From positions 2,966,783 through 3,030,782 of the forward strand of contig CM082580.2 in the NCBI GenBank assembly GCA_040954595.2: 64,000 bases of DNA, given 5' to 3'. The stretch is from Balanoglossus misakiensis (Eukaryota > Animalia > Hemichordata). Of the stretch, positions 25,628-39,010 are shown piece by piece. A program made the translations under genes and the position numbers. How positions within the stretch are numbered: the first letter of the stretch is position 1; each line of letters begins with the position of its first letter. The notes below the pieces were generated by a model, which searched no databases, was not told where the DNA came from, and saw nothing but the letters and a program-made list of their open reading frames with translations.

Positions 25628-27159
25628 TTAAGATGTCACAGTACCATAACTGTATTCAATAGTGTCTTATTTGTGACAAAGCCACAGAAAAGTAACTTGC
25701 AGTACTTTTCAATATTAAATGTTTGATAATCAGTGTTACTGTCAATGACTGAGATCACAAATTTCACTCATTCCAAGGTTCAAAATTGTAATCAATATGA
25801 CTGGTATGTATCAATATTTGGTCATCTTCTCGCGCAAATAACATTAGCTGCTAACACAGTCAATCACACAAAGATTTGTAACCTTCCATCAACACTTAGA
25901 TATTTTGAACAGTCACCAGAAAAGCACCATTTTGTCTAAATTCAATGGGACAAGACGCATCTGAACAGACATGTCAAGCCAATAAAAAAGACCCCCAAAT
26001 CACAGAAAACTGCAATCAACAAAGAACAAACGTATTCACATAGGTTCTACCTACAGTTAACCATTTTCAAAACCATCCGAGTGGTATTTCATTAATTTTC
26101 ATGTTTGCCCTTTTCTGTATGTTCCAACTTTATTTGCTTGGTTTTGATGTTAGCACGCTAATTTGAATATTATCCAATCCACAACCAATGTTGGATCTTC
26201 ATACCAATACTAAATTTATAAATTCATGTAAAATAGTTCTCAAGTATTTTTTGCAGTAGGCAGATTGACACACACATACATACCTACATACACAGACACA
26301 GACACACACACCTACATACAGACAGACAGACATCAATGGAGGCTGACCATTCACATAAGCTCGCAAATCTTTGCAAGCCAAAGTATTTATTTCAGGCAGG
26401 GGAGCCTTCCTGAAAATGACTAGCTAGGGAGCCTTTAAGCCAGGCCAGGTTGTATGGATAAGATGATGAAGCCACCACCCTTACATACCATAATCACTTT
26501 AAGTGTCTGACTGCTGCAAATGTTTGGCCACCTATTTTTTGAAGGGGTGAGGGGGAGGGGAGAGAACCATTTTTCACCTCCATAATCTGATATTATTTAT
26601 TCCCAGTAGGTCACTTGCAAATGCATACAAGCAATGCAGTGGTAAAACCCCCCATTAAACTGTGGTTGATGAAGATAGCTGATATGCATCTAACAATGAT
26701 AGCTTGAATTATTAAATATGGCGCTTTTTAGCAAGTGATTATAACAGATATAATAAAAATATCATTTTTAGAGAAATCCTTCCATACTCAACCAATGACA
26801 TCTTGCCAGTGATACAAACAAGGTTGATACTATGCAAAATTATGCATAAAATTCATTTAATTCTTGTTGATTTCTTAGAGTGATTATGATACACATCGGA
26901 TGGGAACTGAAAAGCATCTCTATTTATTTGGGGCATGGAATTGTCACCCTGTGTTTGGAAGCACGAAGCAATTAAATACCCTCCACTTTGGGAACGTCAC
27001 CACTGACAATTGTCTTAATCAGTTACAACACTTCAATGACCAGATTCCCAAGCATCTGCAGTGAGAGCATGATTGCATATATTGACAAATGCATTGATTG
27101 AAGTTCTGTGATACGAAGCCATCTTGTTGCAATGCAGTGACTGAGCATTAAAAGAAAGA

Positions 27160-30100
27160 CTACGTCAAGGAACAATATCCACCACAGCTACCACCTGGCT
27201 GGTTCATTTTCTCTCCCAATGACATGCCTCGACTGTCACTATCCCATAGTCCAGGTGTCTGAATGATCTGATAAATAAAACATAGAAAAATCAATTATTA
27301 TAGATATACCCACTATGTTTATTACACATGGGTACATGTTCACCTGTTCGTCTTTTCCAAATTTGGCGACACTATACGCCTTTTTTCAACAAGAGGGCGC
27401 CCTTCCGAAACCTGGCATTATCTTCAAGCAGACGATGCAAAAACGAGGCCAGTAGGTCACAGAGTACTGCTCAAGCTCGTCTAGTTTGTTCTATATATGA
27501 TACAATTTGCGTGTAAAAATTACCTTATGTAATACAATGTGGCTGTCGAACGTTGGCCCTAACTATAGCGACAATACACAAGATGATAACGTTTTTACTC
27601 TGTGACTTCTCGGCCTTGTCTTGGAAGGGTGCCCTCTTTATGAAAACAGTGTATACCGTACGAGTAATACTATTTCCATGTTTACACAATCACCACTTGG
27701 ATTACATAATGGATAAGAGATGCAGTCACGACAGACTCGCCAGCAAAGAATTCTTAGACTGCAACATCCAGTCCTAACCTTCAATTCTTCCATAATGACA
27801 TAATCCCCAAAATGAGGTTTTTGCCTAAAAAATGTACCAATTTTGTGATTTGGACTATTAAAGGCAACCACATCACAGTAAAGTTATGGAAACTCTATGG
27901 TTTGTGGGAGTTTCCACACTATCTTCTCTGAAATTGACTGATCATAACTACAGTCAAATAATGATTGCCTTGTGGTAACTATCTGCACAATGCATATATT
28001 CCAGCATCCATGTGATCAAATCCTCACCTTTTCCACTAGTTCTTCAAATGCAACCTGTACACCTTCTTTAGTTTTTGCGCTGGCTTCAATAAAAAGCATT
28101 GCATGCTTTCTGGCAAATTTCAGACCAGTCTCTCTGTCTACTTCTCTTTTTTCCTGTATTAACATAAGCAATAAAATCATAAAAGTACATAATATGGGGA
28201 AATATTATGACACATTTTGTTAGAGTGTGCAAATTAATATATATATATATATATACTTTCTTGGGGTGTGCTGTGCCTTTGAACAATTTAAAGCGGATAC
28301 TAGCACTTTATAAATCTTCACAATTGATTGATTGATTGATTGAGTGAGTGAATTTATTGATATGCTTTGAAATCAGAAAAGGAAAAAAATAGCATCAAAG
28401 ACACTGCTCATATTTGATCAAAATACACGAAACCAAGAATTGGAACGAGTACAAACAAAACCATGTGCATGAATGGGGAATAGAAATCTGTATGCCCTCA
28501 TCCACACATTGTTTGTACCTCTATCACATGACACACAAACCAGGTATCTCCCTGAGACTACATCCACAGGGACTAAATATTAAGCTTTTCAAAATTAGAG
28601 AGATGGTTTATCAAAATGAGACTAAAACAAACTACTAGGGCTAACCATGTCTATTTTGTTGCCAACCAGCATCTTGACAATGTCTGCCTTGGTTGTGAAA
28701 GTATCAAGTTCGTTTAACCATGTGTCCAGTTTTGTAAATGACTGTCTGTTGCTGACATCATACACTGCAAGAAAAAATGAAATCATTATTAAAACTGAAA
28801 AGTGACATCAGGAAGAATAGTTGTTGTACATCATGTAATTGACAATAACAACAAGATTGAGTCTGACATCATATTTATTAGCAATTTATAGGCAAAATTA
28901 TATGAGGTTACGGTTATCCTAGTCTGGTCCCCCGCCCCATGTAACAGACAATATTCAACATTATTTTGTACGATGAGTCAGAGTGCACAAATTCAATAGA
29001 ATGGTTGACTTTTCCAGAGTTTAAACTCAAAATGGGAAAACTCATACCAACAAAATGCCAGGATGTAAAAGGTCACATAGGGATCATGAAAGAGCCAAAA
29101 TGTGACATCACGATAGTCTGTGTTCCAGGACACACTGTCAGGATGGGATACATAATTATAAGTAGATGAAGCCACGCAGGGCTAGCCATGGCCATGCCTT
29201 CATAGCTGGATTAGCGATGTATACAGGAAAGAATTGTTTAGAGCTATGATCAACTCGTTTATATTGCATTAAATCTCAGAGTTTGATTTTAACTCTGGGT
29301 AAGAGTCTGTTCAACATAGTTTCTCATATGTAGCTGAGGTTATAGGTTCTCACATCATTTTGCGACGGCCACTCATCACAACAAATTAAAGCCGCAAATT
29401 GATCTGTCAAGGTACCACGTGAGGATATTTAGTGCATTATCTGGTTTCAGATAAAGATAAACTAGCCTACCTAGTATAACACCTTGTGCTCCTCTGTAAT
29501 AGCTTGGAGTTAATGTTCTAAATCTCTCTTGTCCAGCAGTATCCTAGAACAGTGAAAACAGATGTCATCAACAATCAATGTGCAATGCAACAAACCATGA
29601 TTTTTGGGAAACTTGCACCTTGTAAAATATGTTATCGTTTTTTTATCCCATACATTTGGAGGTAACTTCTTGCACTATGAAGCAATTTCTCTGCATCGGT
29701 GGTACTTTACATTTTCTGTGAAAAGTTGTCTGGTTAAAATCAGATGTAGAGTTGGTTCAGTCTTTAGATTTGCAGGTTCATTCTTTGCTGCCTTAGAAGA
29801 GAACAGCAAAGAACCTGCAAATGTAAAGATTGAGCCAATCATCTGATTTTAATTATCTTGCTTGGAGAGTACACTGGTAATGCCCTATATCAAAGATTCC
29901 AGGCATAGCATGTAATGTTCAATCAGAGAGAAATAAAGAAATCCAGCAAACTCTGTAACTGGCCAAACATGACAGTGTATATGACTTACCCATATGGCTA
30001 ATTTGGCTTTGTTTCCATCTACTGTAAGTGTTTTCACTTTGAAGTCAACACCTGACAATAAAACATACAGTTGTAATATAAATATACTTGCAATCTGTGC

Positions 30101-31319
30101 CGTTTGAAAGTTATTTTCACAAGTGATGATGTGCATCCCGCGGTCATACTTTCGTGAGCGTAGCAAGTGAAAGTACAGCAGAATACTCTGCATCACAAGA
30201 TTGCATCGGTAATATTTGAGAACACAGGTGATAGCAAGAGATTTTCATTATTTTAGAGGTTCCCAAACATACTGACAACTTAATGTTTTGTTATTCTGAC
30301 AAAAGTTAGGAAGGATAATACAATGATGTGCCAGAATGGTGAAAAATCCCCACATTTTGGCGATCATAACTTATCATGTAAAAATGATTTTGATTAGATC
30401 ATTGGAATGCAGTGACATACCTATTGTTGCTGGTTGTTCTGGATCAAATGTGTCATCAGTGAATCTAAGAAGTAAACTGAAACACCAAATACAAAATGTA
30501 GGTAATTAATTAACACATCTTAGCAGATAAAGCAGAGATTTATCAACACACTAGTGTCTGTACCTGCGTAATTCTAACTGTGAAAGGCCATCCTTTGAAT
30601 ACAAATTACTATCATATTAAACATGCAACTATCCATCCAAGAAGATGGTAGATTCATGCTTGTATCAAACCAAAGATTTGACAACTTGTGGTCTCACTGA
30701 TACCAGTCACATGAAGTTCTGTACTGTAGGTTTGGGGATTCAAGATGACACAGTCACAGGGGTCATGTTGGTTCATAGCTACAACTTCCGAAGTAACCCT
30801 GAATGATATCATGTTGGAATGATTGTTCCTCAGTTCTAATTTATAGTTCACAGCTGAACTCCCAAAAGCTGTGGGCTACATAAATTGCAGTAGAATCAAT
30901 CATCATCATCCCCAGTCTGTGCTGCAGTTTCGTAGCCCCACAACTCCCCTTGACGATTTTTGTGTTGGACAGGGAGGTGGGTAGCTACAGTTCAATACTG
31001 TAGCTCCAGGTTTTGTCTTGGTTTGTGTGTTAGACGGCAAAACAACAAACCAAGGCAAAACCTCGAGCTACTTAACTGAAGCTAGGCGGTGGGGTACAAC
31101 ACAAATATTGTTGTGGGGCTACGAAACTGCAGCAACCCCGGTCCTAGCTGCAGTTCAGACAAACTAGAGAGCCAACTGTACTGAACTGCAGCTAACCTGG
31201 TCCCAGTAATGCTTGTTAAAGCAGTGGAACATATGTGTGTTTCCATACCTCGATTTCCCGACACCACTTTCTCCAATGATTAGAATTTTCAATGTAGTCA
31301 ACACTTCATCTTCATTCAT
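27160..31319 (-). CDS. RAB18: Ras-related protein Rab-18, 204 aa, 7 coding exons
   Basis: Exons 31319-31249, 30476-30421, 30051-29990, 29543-29471, 28764-28646, 28153-28028, 27267-27160 (615 nt). [91 protein letters not shown]-terminal CGGYCSLT*. Confidence 0.97.
30919..31194. mobile_element. Cluster of three small hairpin elements with 9-bp TSDs in RAB18 intron 1
   Basis: Outer element 30919-31135 (TGCTGCAGTTTCGTAGCCCCACAAC / GTTGTGGGGCTACGAAACTGCAGCA). Nested element 30982-31084 (TSD GGAGGTGGG / GGCGGTGGG). Adjacent element 31145-31194 (TAGCTGCAGTTCAG / CTGAACTGCAGCTA). Confidence 0.8.
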
Positions 31320-31540
31320 ATTGTCCGAATATCTTTCTCTTAAAATGTATTTTCGTGGTAGCAGCTCACCAGCCCGGAAGCGTTCTGGAGTTTAGGTCTC
31401 TAAATTAGCGAATCAAAATAGGGATGTCGTCATCTGCAATGAGTCAACGTCAACGGCCGCGCGTATGCCTTTAGTATTCGTCCTAGCAATACGGTAACAC
31501 AGATCACTTCTCATGTAACGGTCACCACTTCTTAAAAGGT
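31320..31540. promoter_or_regulatory. Probable compact bidirectional promoter for RAB18 and SPC25, with a non-coding SPC25 exon 1
   Basis: CpG-enriched segment directly upstream of the RAB18 ATG. CCGGAAG ETS-like site at about 31374. Plus-strand donor AAG|GTGAAT at 31538/31539 could splice to the acceptor at 33033/33034 (inference). Confidence 0.45.
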
Positions 31541-33065
31541 GAATATTTTGGTAGTACTCCTGCGATTATCTAGTATATTTACGCTTCCTGTCTCAGATGA
31601 GGAGAACACTTATTTCGGTTGTGCTCTATGTTAAATACGTCACAACAATTGCGTATCACATGACACGTAGTACAACATCACAGTTTTGGATTGGCTGATG
31701 TTAATTTTCGCACCCGCCATAGTTTGAACGATGTTCTACTTCTTCGCCACGTAGGAATTTCGTAAATTGAACACGCGTCCGTTTGCTAGTTTTGGGAAAA
31801 GTGGAAATTGTCAGGTGAGCAACCAAGCAACTTCTCTTTGAGTGTACTGACCGTCGATTCAGTTCGCCCATTTCAAGATTGCCGTTGCCAAGAACCACCG
31901 CTGCACAGGCGTCCCTATTATTCATGCTAATTTGCATGTCGATCGCAGGGAAACCGCTATATTATCCGCACAGTATTACATTTATACATGTCAAGGTTTG
32001 CTACCGCCAAGTTTCGAACAAATAAACAGCGCGGAATTGTCATTTTTGGTTTTGAAGTTTCTGTGACGATAATTGTCATCAGGACTTGCATTTTACACCA
32101 AAAATTATGTGCTTGGCACAACAACACAGTGTACAAGCATAAGCCATAAGCATTGTTGTAAATTTATGGTAATCTATTATAAACTTAAACTTGTGTCAAG
32201 CACAGATCTAACGTCAAGCAACCCAAATATGTTTTATCAGTATGAATTTACCATGTCAATAGAACAGCTTCTTTCACCGAAGCGACGCGACGCTTACAAT
32301 ATAAGTTTACATTCAGTAAATGGCAAAAGGGTCGGGGGGGGGGGGGGGGGGGGGTAACAGGATATATTGGCACATTTCCCATTTTGCAGCCATTTTGCAT
32401 TATCTTGATGTTTAAAGATGCAGTACGACAATCAACATCTTGATTAACGTTGCGAAAAAATCTTACGTGTAAGTTTCTCAGTTGAAATACCCAGTGCATA
32501 CATAGATCTGGCCCTCGAAGGGTCAGGATCAGCTCTGAGAACATCACTGTGAACTGTTGTACAGTTGTAACATGTTCGTGCAGTGTAAATAATGCAATCA
32601 AGTGCAGCTGTAGTAAGTTTCCAAATCTGGCAAGTTCTCATATCATTTGATTGTCACAGGTGAATGGAACAGTAAGTTAGAAAGTTGACTACATTTGAAA
32701 AAATATAATGTTGCAAATTTCCCATCTTATAATTGTTTTCTTGTAAAATCCATAATTTTCTGCTGATTTCATTATGCAAAGGAATTTGTTTGCTGGAAGT
32801 TCAACCATTATTTATTGCACTGGGTTTTAAAGCGTCAAAATGTTTATGACCTACAGATATGTAGATGCAACAGCCATTAAACCTGAAATGATGTAATTTG
32901 TTTACTTAAGTAGCCAAATCACCTTTGCCAGCTCTCAGTCACCAAATTCTGGGTTTTGACATTTAGAAATCCAGCATTGCAAACATCCATATAGTTTTTA
33001 GCATTTCACGAACTTTTTTATTTTCTATTAAAGGTGACATCTGAATTTCAACATCTGTCAAGACA

Positions 33066-36000
33066 ATGCTGAAAGCAGAAGCACAAACTGAACTGCAGAG
33101 GTTGCAAGGTACCCTTGATCAAGTCAAAGATAAACTTCTCAACAAATGGACTGGTGACTCTTTAGATACATACTTGGAAGATGTCACTAAAAGTCAACAG
33201 GAAGTGCTGAAAACCGGACAAGGTTAGAATTTTTCGTTAATTAATTTACAGCACACTTTAGTTTCAGCTGCAGGTGATTTATTAGAAACCGTTAAAATAA
33301 AAGTTTCCAAAGACTCTTAAAATTAAAAATGTTTCTGTTTTGAATACATTGACTTTTAAAGTGAACAAAGCCAACATCTTCTGTGCATGTAACAAATTAC
33401 TAACATTGAAACAGAAAAGTTGTCTGGTGAGCTCATGAATTTCAGATTTGTCATCATGAGAATGGCTTACTTACATTTGGCTGTATACCTCACTATTAAT
33501 CACCTTTGCATGTCACATACATGTAGACTCCTAGCACCAACAAGGGTATTTGTTTTACATCTGGCACAAGTCCAATATGAATTGGCAATAAACATTACAA
33601 ACTAGCAAGTATCTGAACTGGAGTGAAAACAATAGAATTTGAAGGCAAATTGAATTTGCTTTCTCTGAGTCTGACCAAGATATGAATTTTCATGTTGGCT
33701 GTATAATAGAATTCATCCCATAGTACCGGTTCTGAATAAGTTGAGTTAATTAATAGAACTTTTCTAGCAAAGACAGTCGATTTGGCTTACATCCAAATCA
33801 ATGAGTCTGGACAGGTTTAGTGTGCTCAGCATTGATGGAAATTTGATTTCTGTTATGCCGTTGCTAGGTTAATTCAGTGTACAAAATCTATGAATTTAAT
33901 AACAAATGTCGCAATTTACCAGTCGTGTCTAAACATGTAATGTGTTGATACGACAGTTGTGGGTACACATGATCTACAGTGACACAACTTTATTGTATAA
34001 CTCTGCACGTGTACCACAGTCTATATAGGCATTATACCAACATAAACTATAATATTTGTGAATTTAAGTGAATTATTTTAACAAGTGTTTGGTAACTAGA
34101 TCCTTCTGACTGTTTGATGAGAACGTATGATGTAGGTTTAAATGTGAATTGGATTAATAATGTAAATTGTTGTATGTTTTAGAAAATATTTTTTGTACAC
34201 ATAATTATAGTACCGTACATTTTTACTAATACATAGGCATACCCTCATCTGTACTGTGATAGTATTATTTTATGTACAGTTTCAAATGCCATTATGATTA
34301 TGGCATTTGCCATAAAAGCCACCAGAATAATTTGGCTGCTTTTCCCACTCTGCAGAGAAAATGGAAGCTTTGGGTGATGTTTACACAGCATTGCAGGAAC
34401 AAGCAAAGAGTAATAAAGAAAGTAAGTGTATACAATTCAATTCTATTGTCTGATGACCTCCAGGTATCTCTTTCATTGGTGATCTTGTGAGTGACAGTGA
34501 CCATGGAAACCGCTCTGACAAGAATAAAAATCTGATCACACTTTTACTCGCCATTTTACAGTGCTCCAAGGAAAGATTGACAATTTGAATTTGATTAAGA
34601 AGAACTTGGAAGAGATGAGAGCTGAAACACAAAAACTGATGATTGACACAGAAGATAAACAGATCCAGCTGAAAACTCAAGTCCAAAAAAATCACAGTGA
34701 AAAAGAATGTAAGCATGTATTTTTAGTCATATTAAATTTTCATCACTGTATTAGTCGGACCACTGAATTTTGTTTTAATAATCATTTTTTTTTGATCTCC
34801 ATTGCTTGGCCCAGTGTGTAATAAACCATGGATTTTGTCCCTCCATATCACCCACAAAATGTGGCACACAGACTACCACAGGGTTCTATGGAAAAGAGAC
34901 ACAGAATAAGTCACATGATAGCAGTACAATGTGAGTTTGCACATACACAGGATTATGCATATTTCTATGGCCGTTTCACTCACATGGGTTTGTTTGTGCT
35001 GGTATTCATCTATTCGCCCAGACCTGTTTTAACACAAAACGTTGTATATTGAAGTTTCCCTCAAACCATTGCTACAAATTACCCCACACAGATAACTGGT
35101 CCTGTACTGTACTATCAGTATCATTCAATGCAATTTTTATTGCTGCTTTGGAACGCTTTTCTTAATAGAAATTATCACTGAAATGTTCAATGGGCCCTTC
35201 ATATCTACTGCTGTAACACCATGCCACATCAGGTACTTGCACACTGGTACAAAATGTAATTCATTACACCATTACTTTTTTTTTTTCATCAAACACGATG
35301 AAATCTGCAACTCATTTCTTTATGTATTTAAAAATTTAGAGCTTTTATTCTCTGCCTCCTCAGAAACTTGAAGGTCGATCTTGTTGATCAGAATAGTACA
35401 CCTATGCCCTATGGTACTCCTTATTCTCACGACCCTCCAAAATGTATTCTATTTGTTCAACCAGCCTAGAACACGTAATTTTTTTATTCCGTCATTTTGA
35501 TTAATATTGTAATCATTTTTTTCTGTCTACTAAAGAAGTGAATATGGTATTTATGAATGTCACTGTGTTTGCATTGGATGTGTAACTAATGTTGCCTTTA
35601 CAATGACACAGTACTGGAAATGCAGCAGAAGGTAACCAATACAAGACTAGATGAACTTGAGAAATCTGCCGAGTATTTCACAGATAGGATGTCTATGGAT
35701 TTCAGGAAACAAGATGGTGAGAATTTGTAGCATTTATAATTGCCGCCAATTTTGTTTCTCTTTGCAAATATCCTCATTGGTAATGTTTGATGTGAATACT
35801 TATTGACACAATTGTTTGTTTTGGCAATTTGGGAGAGTCTTATCTGTTGGTAAAGACATCTGATCAGGAAATAATCATGAATGCATAATCAGAAGCATCA
35901 GTATAGTCACAGAATTTGTCCAAATAAGAATTTGTCCAGAACAAACAGAGTTACATTGGTAAAACGTGTGGTACTAGTCTACACTAGCAAAAATGTACAT

Positions 36001-36704
36001 TTTGGATTTTGTGGTCAGATTGGTTTTCGGTAAATACATATATGAATGTGTGAGAAGCATGGCTTAGGACATGTTAACATTAGGAATTTCTTGAAAAGTA
36101 TAAAAGTATCAAAATCAGTGAATTTTGGTGATGTCTTGGTTACATTGCATGTTTGTTGTACATCAGTGAGTCATGTATGTGTTGTGTAGCAAACATTAAC
36201 CCTATAAATGGAAAAATTATCTTCCAAGTCATAAACGCTGCACTGAATCGTAGGGATATTAAACATGCATATTATTTTTACTGCAGGTGAAAAAATCCAA
36301 GTTGTATTCACAAACATTGACCCTGATAACCCAACTAAGGAATATTTCTTTACAATCAAGGTTGACAAAAATTATGAAGGTTGGTATTGCTTCATTTTGA
36401 TACCATAAGCCCCCTTCAATATGCGGGCATTTTTTTCCCCATTTTTTGGTCAAAAACTCCCCCTTACTGAAAAAGTAGCGTGTATAAAAATCATGAAAAT
36501 GACAATATTCTAATTTGTGAGTAGTCATCTATCCTATGTTTGTATTTGATATGATATATGCTATTTTTTTTTCATTTTGCAGTGGTTGACTGTCAACCTA
36601 CAGTGGATGGTTTGGATGCAATGGTGGAGAAACTGAACAAGACCAATCATTTTTCCCTGTTTGTCATCAATATCAGACGAAAGTTTAGAGAAATGGTCAT
36701 ATAG
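33066..36704 (+). CDS. SPC25: Kinetochore protein SPC25 (NDC80 complex), about 229 aa, 6 coding exons
   Basis: Exons 33066-33222, 34356-34421, 34562-34708, 35612-35716, 36287-36379, 36583-36704 (690 nt, in frame). Coiled-coil N-terminal half, then an RWD-like C-terminus: YFTDRMSMDFRKQDGEKIQVVFTNIDPDNPTKEYFFTI...YEVVDCQPTV...KLNKTNHFSLFVINIRRKFREMVI*. Confidence 0.88.
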
Positions 36705-37759
36705 TCTTGTGCTTGACCCTGTGTAAAGTGTTTTGAGTGTGTCTGTCCTTCATTTATCGTAAGCTCATAGAGAATCACCCATTTCCTGATACAAAAATGG
36801 TTTTACCCAAATCCTGATATGTAAATGCTATTACTGTATTGCTTATTATAATCACATAGATTTGTATTTCAGAGTGATGGTTTATATATATTCATTAGTT
36901 CAGGTGAAAAGCTGTAATTTTAAAATGTTGTGATGACATCAGCATGTTTTATATGATAGTGTGGAGGTATTAATTTTATTGGCATAAGAGTAGAAAATTG
37001 CCCAAGCTTTATGCTACAAGGGAAAAGAGTCTCCTGTTGCAAGGGCCCATATTCCCAATTTTAGATAACAATGAGTTTAGTTGGTACTGCTGCTGCTTGA
37101 TTCCAGGTGTGCACCTGTTAATTTCCCCAATTAATTGCCTTAGGTCGCAGTAATTACATTTATCCCTCTCTATGTTGGCATTATCTTTATTATGTTTTGG
37201 CATAATTTGACGTCAACCTTATTTTGGTGTTTGTTGTATTGCAGTTTATGTGTTTTGTATGTTGAACATATTTTATCAGTATTTCTTTTTCTTTGTTTTT
37301 CCTATATTTTGTAGGAGGTATCACAGCATCTGTGATCCAGCTCTGCATCTCATTTCTTGGAAAAGCCCCCTTATGATCACAAAGTTTAGCTTATCTTAGT
37401 TTTTTCTATCATAAATTTTAGAGTTAGTAAACAAGTCCTAAAAATTGACTTAATCGCTCCAAAATTTCGAATGCAGACTTTTGTCATTTCATCAATTAGC
37501 CATTTTGATTTTTAGATAGCCATTGATTGTAGTATTGGATAATTAAATGGCTTGTGATTAATTAAACAAATGTCTTTTGTGATGAAATATTTTTTGTGAT
37601 TCGTCTTTTTCTATTCGCACACTGATGCGCCCTCAACAGTTCAGCAGAACACAATGGACATATGAAGCAACCATGGTGTTGTGTAGTGGAACGTAAAAGC
37701 CATGGGTAAACATGGAAACAAGCATAAAAAATAGAAAATTCACAGTATTAGCTCAAAAC

Positions 37760-38052
37760 ATAGAGAAGGTACATGCATACCAATTTTCAAATCAATATGA
37801 CCAGGGGTTGTTGAGTTTCTGAGTTTTGACCAAATTTAGGTTTTTCCCAGCTAATTTGCATATTTTTGGCAATAACAACTTCGTTTGAACAAACTCCCAT
37901 CTACAGCCCAGCATGCATCTACACACCAAATATCGAGGTTATACGCGCAGTGGTTTTCAAGTTTTTGATGTGGACAGACAGACATACATCCATACATACA
38001 GACGCAACCGATCCCATAAGGTCCCACATACATATACAAATGGGACCTAAAT
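37760..38052 (+). mobile_element. Helitron/Helentron-like non-autonomous interspersed repeat
   Basis: (CAGA/CATA)n microsatellite followed by a 3' stem-loop AGGTCCCA..TGGGACCT. Similar architecture at about 11240-11650 (-) and 26190-26380. The class call is inference. Confidence 0.45.
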
Positions 38053-38768
38053 GTCTTGCAAAAATAGGAATTTCGAGAATTGCAGAAATAGTGATTTTTG
38101 TTTACGGTCAATATTCTAAGTTTCAAAATAAAAATTAAAACCAATTGTATTGTGGGTGGAAGAAACCAACTGCAAACTGATTTAGAGACATAAGAATGAA
38201 AAAAGTGAAATTACATTATATCATGCTATTCACGTTCGCCATTCTGTATGGACAATAGCCCTGCGTACAGGTCTGTGTGTTCACAGAACATGGTAAAATA
38301 CTGTTTTACCACGGCTAGAAGTGGTAAAACAGGCTCTTAAACTAGCATGCAGCAGGGAAAATGTGGGATTAAACCACAGTCACGTGGGGTTACCACTGTT
38401 GAATTTACGGACGTTTTATTTTGGGACTGCTCTGTGGGAATATTTGGCAAAGCCGGTCGCTCATTTTGCTAATGGCTGTAAATTACTTGGCAAAACGAAA
38501 TCTAAGAACATAGCAAATTTGCAATTCTGAAATGTCATAGCATCATTGTGGTAGACCTAATTACATGTTTTTCCCTTCTTTTATTTGATCAGCAAGTACA
38601 TAGCCCCGTCATTTCTTTCTTTATGTCTCAGTTTTTTATGGTTTACTGTGAGTAATGAATATGTTTATTTTTTCACCAGACATTGTAATAGTTTTACGTG
38701 TTAAAAATAAGTGCTTGACGTGAATATCTTCGTGTGACTGTGTTACGTAATCATTTCACGCAATCATC

Positions 38769-38941
38769 TAGCTGCAATAATTGTAGCGGGTGCTGCTAGG
38801 TTGAGTGTTGCTGCAGTTTGCAGCCCCTCCATCTCCCCTGGACGATTTTTGGTTTTGCGGGGAGATGGAGGGGCTGCAAAACTGCAGCAAGGTTGAGTGC
38901 AATCTGATTAAAATCACATGTCAACCCAATTAATCAGATTG
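38769..38941. mobile_element. Stack of small hairpin elements separated by a repeated 9-mer, upstream of CREG copy 1
   Basis: 38769-38798 (TAGCTGCA..TGCTGCTA), GGTTGAGTG, 38808-38890 (TTGCTGCAGTTT..AAACTGCAGCAA), GGTTGAGTG, 38900-38941 (CAATCTGATTAA..TTAATCAGATTG), GGTTGACTG. Confidence 0.78.
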
Positions 38942-39010
38942 GGTTGACTGGTGTGTTCGCAGCCATGCGTAATCATTTCACGCGATCATCTAGCTAGCGA
39001 TCATCAGATC

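Noticed and set aside
34280-34355. Upstream acceptor extending the second SPC25 coding exon
   Set aside because: The frame does not match the next exon and the peptide looks intronic; the acceptor at 34355 fits.
38769-38950. CRISPR array
   Set aside because: Eukaryotic context, repeats of only 9 bp, self-complementary inserts and no cas genes; better explained as stacked TSDs.
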